From Parasteatoda tepidariorum (lineage: Eukaryota): a stretch of DNA of 34,485 bases. The position numbers and the translations under genes were made by a program. Of the stretch, positions 33,829-34,485 are shown piece by piece; position 1 is the stretch's first letter, and every line of letters begins with the position of its first letter. The notes under the pieces are model-generated. The model saw nothing but the letters and a program-made list of their open reading frames with translations. It searched no databases and was not told the origin of the DNA. The DNA lies in NCBI RefSeq assembly GCF_043381705.1, contig NC_092205.1, forward strand, positions 57,580,995 through 57,615,479, written 5' to 3'.

Positions 33829-34485
33829 CAGTAGACGCCGCTTAATGTGATCACATCGGGACGAACATGATTTGATAACAATAACCGATTGATTACAATA
33901 AACAAAAAAAAAAGTTAAGCTAAAAAATGATTTTTTTTACATACGTATTAAAATAAAAAATATTTTAAATTAGGAGTTGTTGCTGTAAGACTCTGAAGTA
34001 TTTAATAGAAATTAATGTACACTAAAGAAAAAGTATTAGTATACTCACATATTTATTGATAAACTGCAGAAAACAATACAAAATACAAAAGGTTAATTAT
34101 TAACTGAAAAAGAAATCATCAATTGTCGATTGTTTAGCATTCTTTCGAAGCAATTCATTTACGAATCGCTCATAATCATAATGTTTATGAAAGTGTTCCG
34201 CGTCGGCTTTGTTTTGCACACCTAGCCGTAAGACTCGAAGTGCCTCCCTCATCTGAGCAGGCGTCGGAATTTTGTCCTCGATAGCACTTTCAGATTCATC
34301 ATCGGCATCAGAATCTTGTGACGAAGACACATCTGACACATATGGTTTCTGATGGTGATCTTTGACACATATGGCTTCGCAAATGTCCTCATCAGTTAAC
34401 GAAGTAGAAGTCTCAACCTTCTCGTCGATCTCCATCCATGCTTCAAAATCCTCAGCATTCATATCGGGCGGGGGATTGAAAACGT
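33829..34485 (-). mobile_element. pogo/Tigger-like (Tc1/mariner superfamily) DNA transposon, 3' portion. The element continues beyond the window end. Its terminus CAGTAGACGCCGC abuts TA within a (TA)n tract (TA at 33827..33828).
   Basis: A minus-strand ORF encodes the acidic C-terminal tail typical of pogo-like transposases. About 270 bp of non-coding sequence lies between the stop codon (34100..34102) and the CAGT... terminus next to TA, which fits a pogo TA target site and CAGT-type TIR. Confidence 0.55.
34100..34485 (-). CDS. pogo/Tigger-like DDE transposase, C-terminal 120+ aa. It is partial, and the ORF remains open to the window edge.
   Basis: The ORF track gives MNAEDFEAWMEIDEKVETSTSLTDEDICEAICVKDHH...SDADDESESAIEDK.... 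This acidic tail with the ...EDF..W...TSLTDE(E/D)I..A(I/V) motif is characteristic of the pogo family. The 23 nt upstream in the same frame (VFNPPPD) contain no stop. It is homologous to the decayed fragment at 16262..16400. Confidence 0.6.
   Translation of the reverse strand, partial: VFNPPPDMNAEDFEAWMEIDEKVETSTSLTDEDICEAICVKDHHQKPYVSDVSSSQDSDADDESESAIEDKIPTPAQMREALRVLRLGVQNKADAEHFHKHYDYERFVNELLRKNAKQSTIDDFFFS

Noticed and set aside
1-34485. Search for prokaryotic-style novel systems (defence islands, CRISPR arrays, operons, toxin-antitoxin pairs)
   Set aside because: The window is eukaryotic nuclear DNA with spliced genes, long AT-rich introns and TEs. No direct-repeat/spacer arrays or operonic gene clusters are present, so the mobile-element landscape is reported instead.

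Overview
This window is eukaryotic, AT-rich and intron-rich metazoan nuclear DNA (invertebrate-looking), not a prokaryotic locus. I find no operons, CRISPR arrays, defence systems, rRNA genes or credible tRNA genes. Two host genes are present. (1) On the minus strand, a single continuous 747-codon ORF (5135..7378) encodes a PIH1-domain protein of the Kintoun/PIH1D family; its C-terminal half is a long Q/H/P/M-rich low-complexity tail. (2) On the plus strand, a major vault protein (MVP) gene whose coding sequence I reconstructed by hand as 14 exons (9921..31946, about 870 aa) with GT-AG introns and consistent phases, aligned block by block to the vertebrate MVP sequence recalled from memory. 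The MVP introns, especially 1, 6, 7, 9 and 12, and the flanks are packed with transposable-element debris. These include a 776-bp internally deleted hAT element with a perfect 8-bp target-site duplication and a retained hAT C-terminal dimerisation-domain ORF, and a cluster of related nonautonomous CAGGGG-TIR elements with GGGTCC-containing subterminal tandem repeats. There are also two pogo/Tigger-like transposase remnants, one decayed in intron 6 and one apparently intact but cut off by the window's 3' end with a TA-flanked CAGTAGACGCCGC terminus, plus several MITE or foldback elements, a possible tRNA-derived SINE with a (T)49 tail, and tandem duplications. The 5' flank also holds unexplained palindromic motif clusters and a GC-rich hairpin island. 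All coordinates were derived by eye from the sequence and the ORF track; exon boundaries may be off by a base or two.
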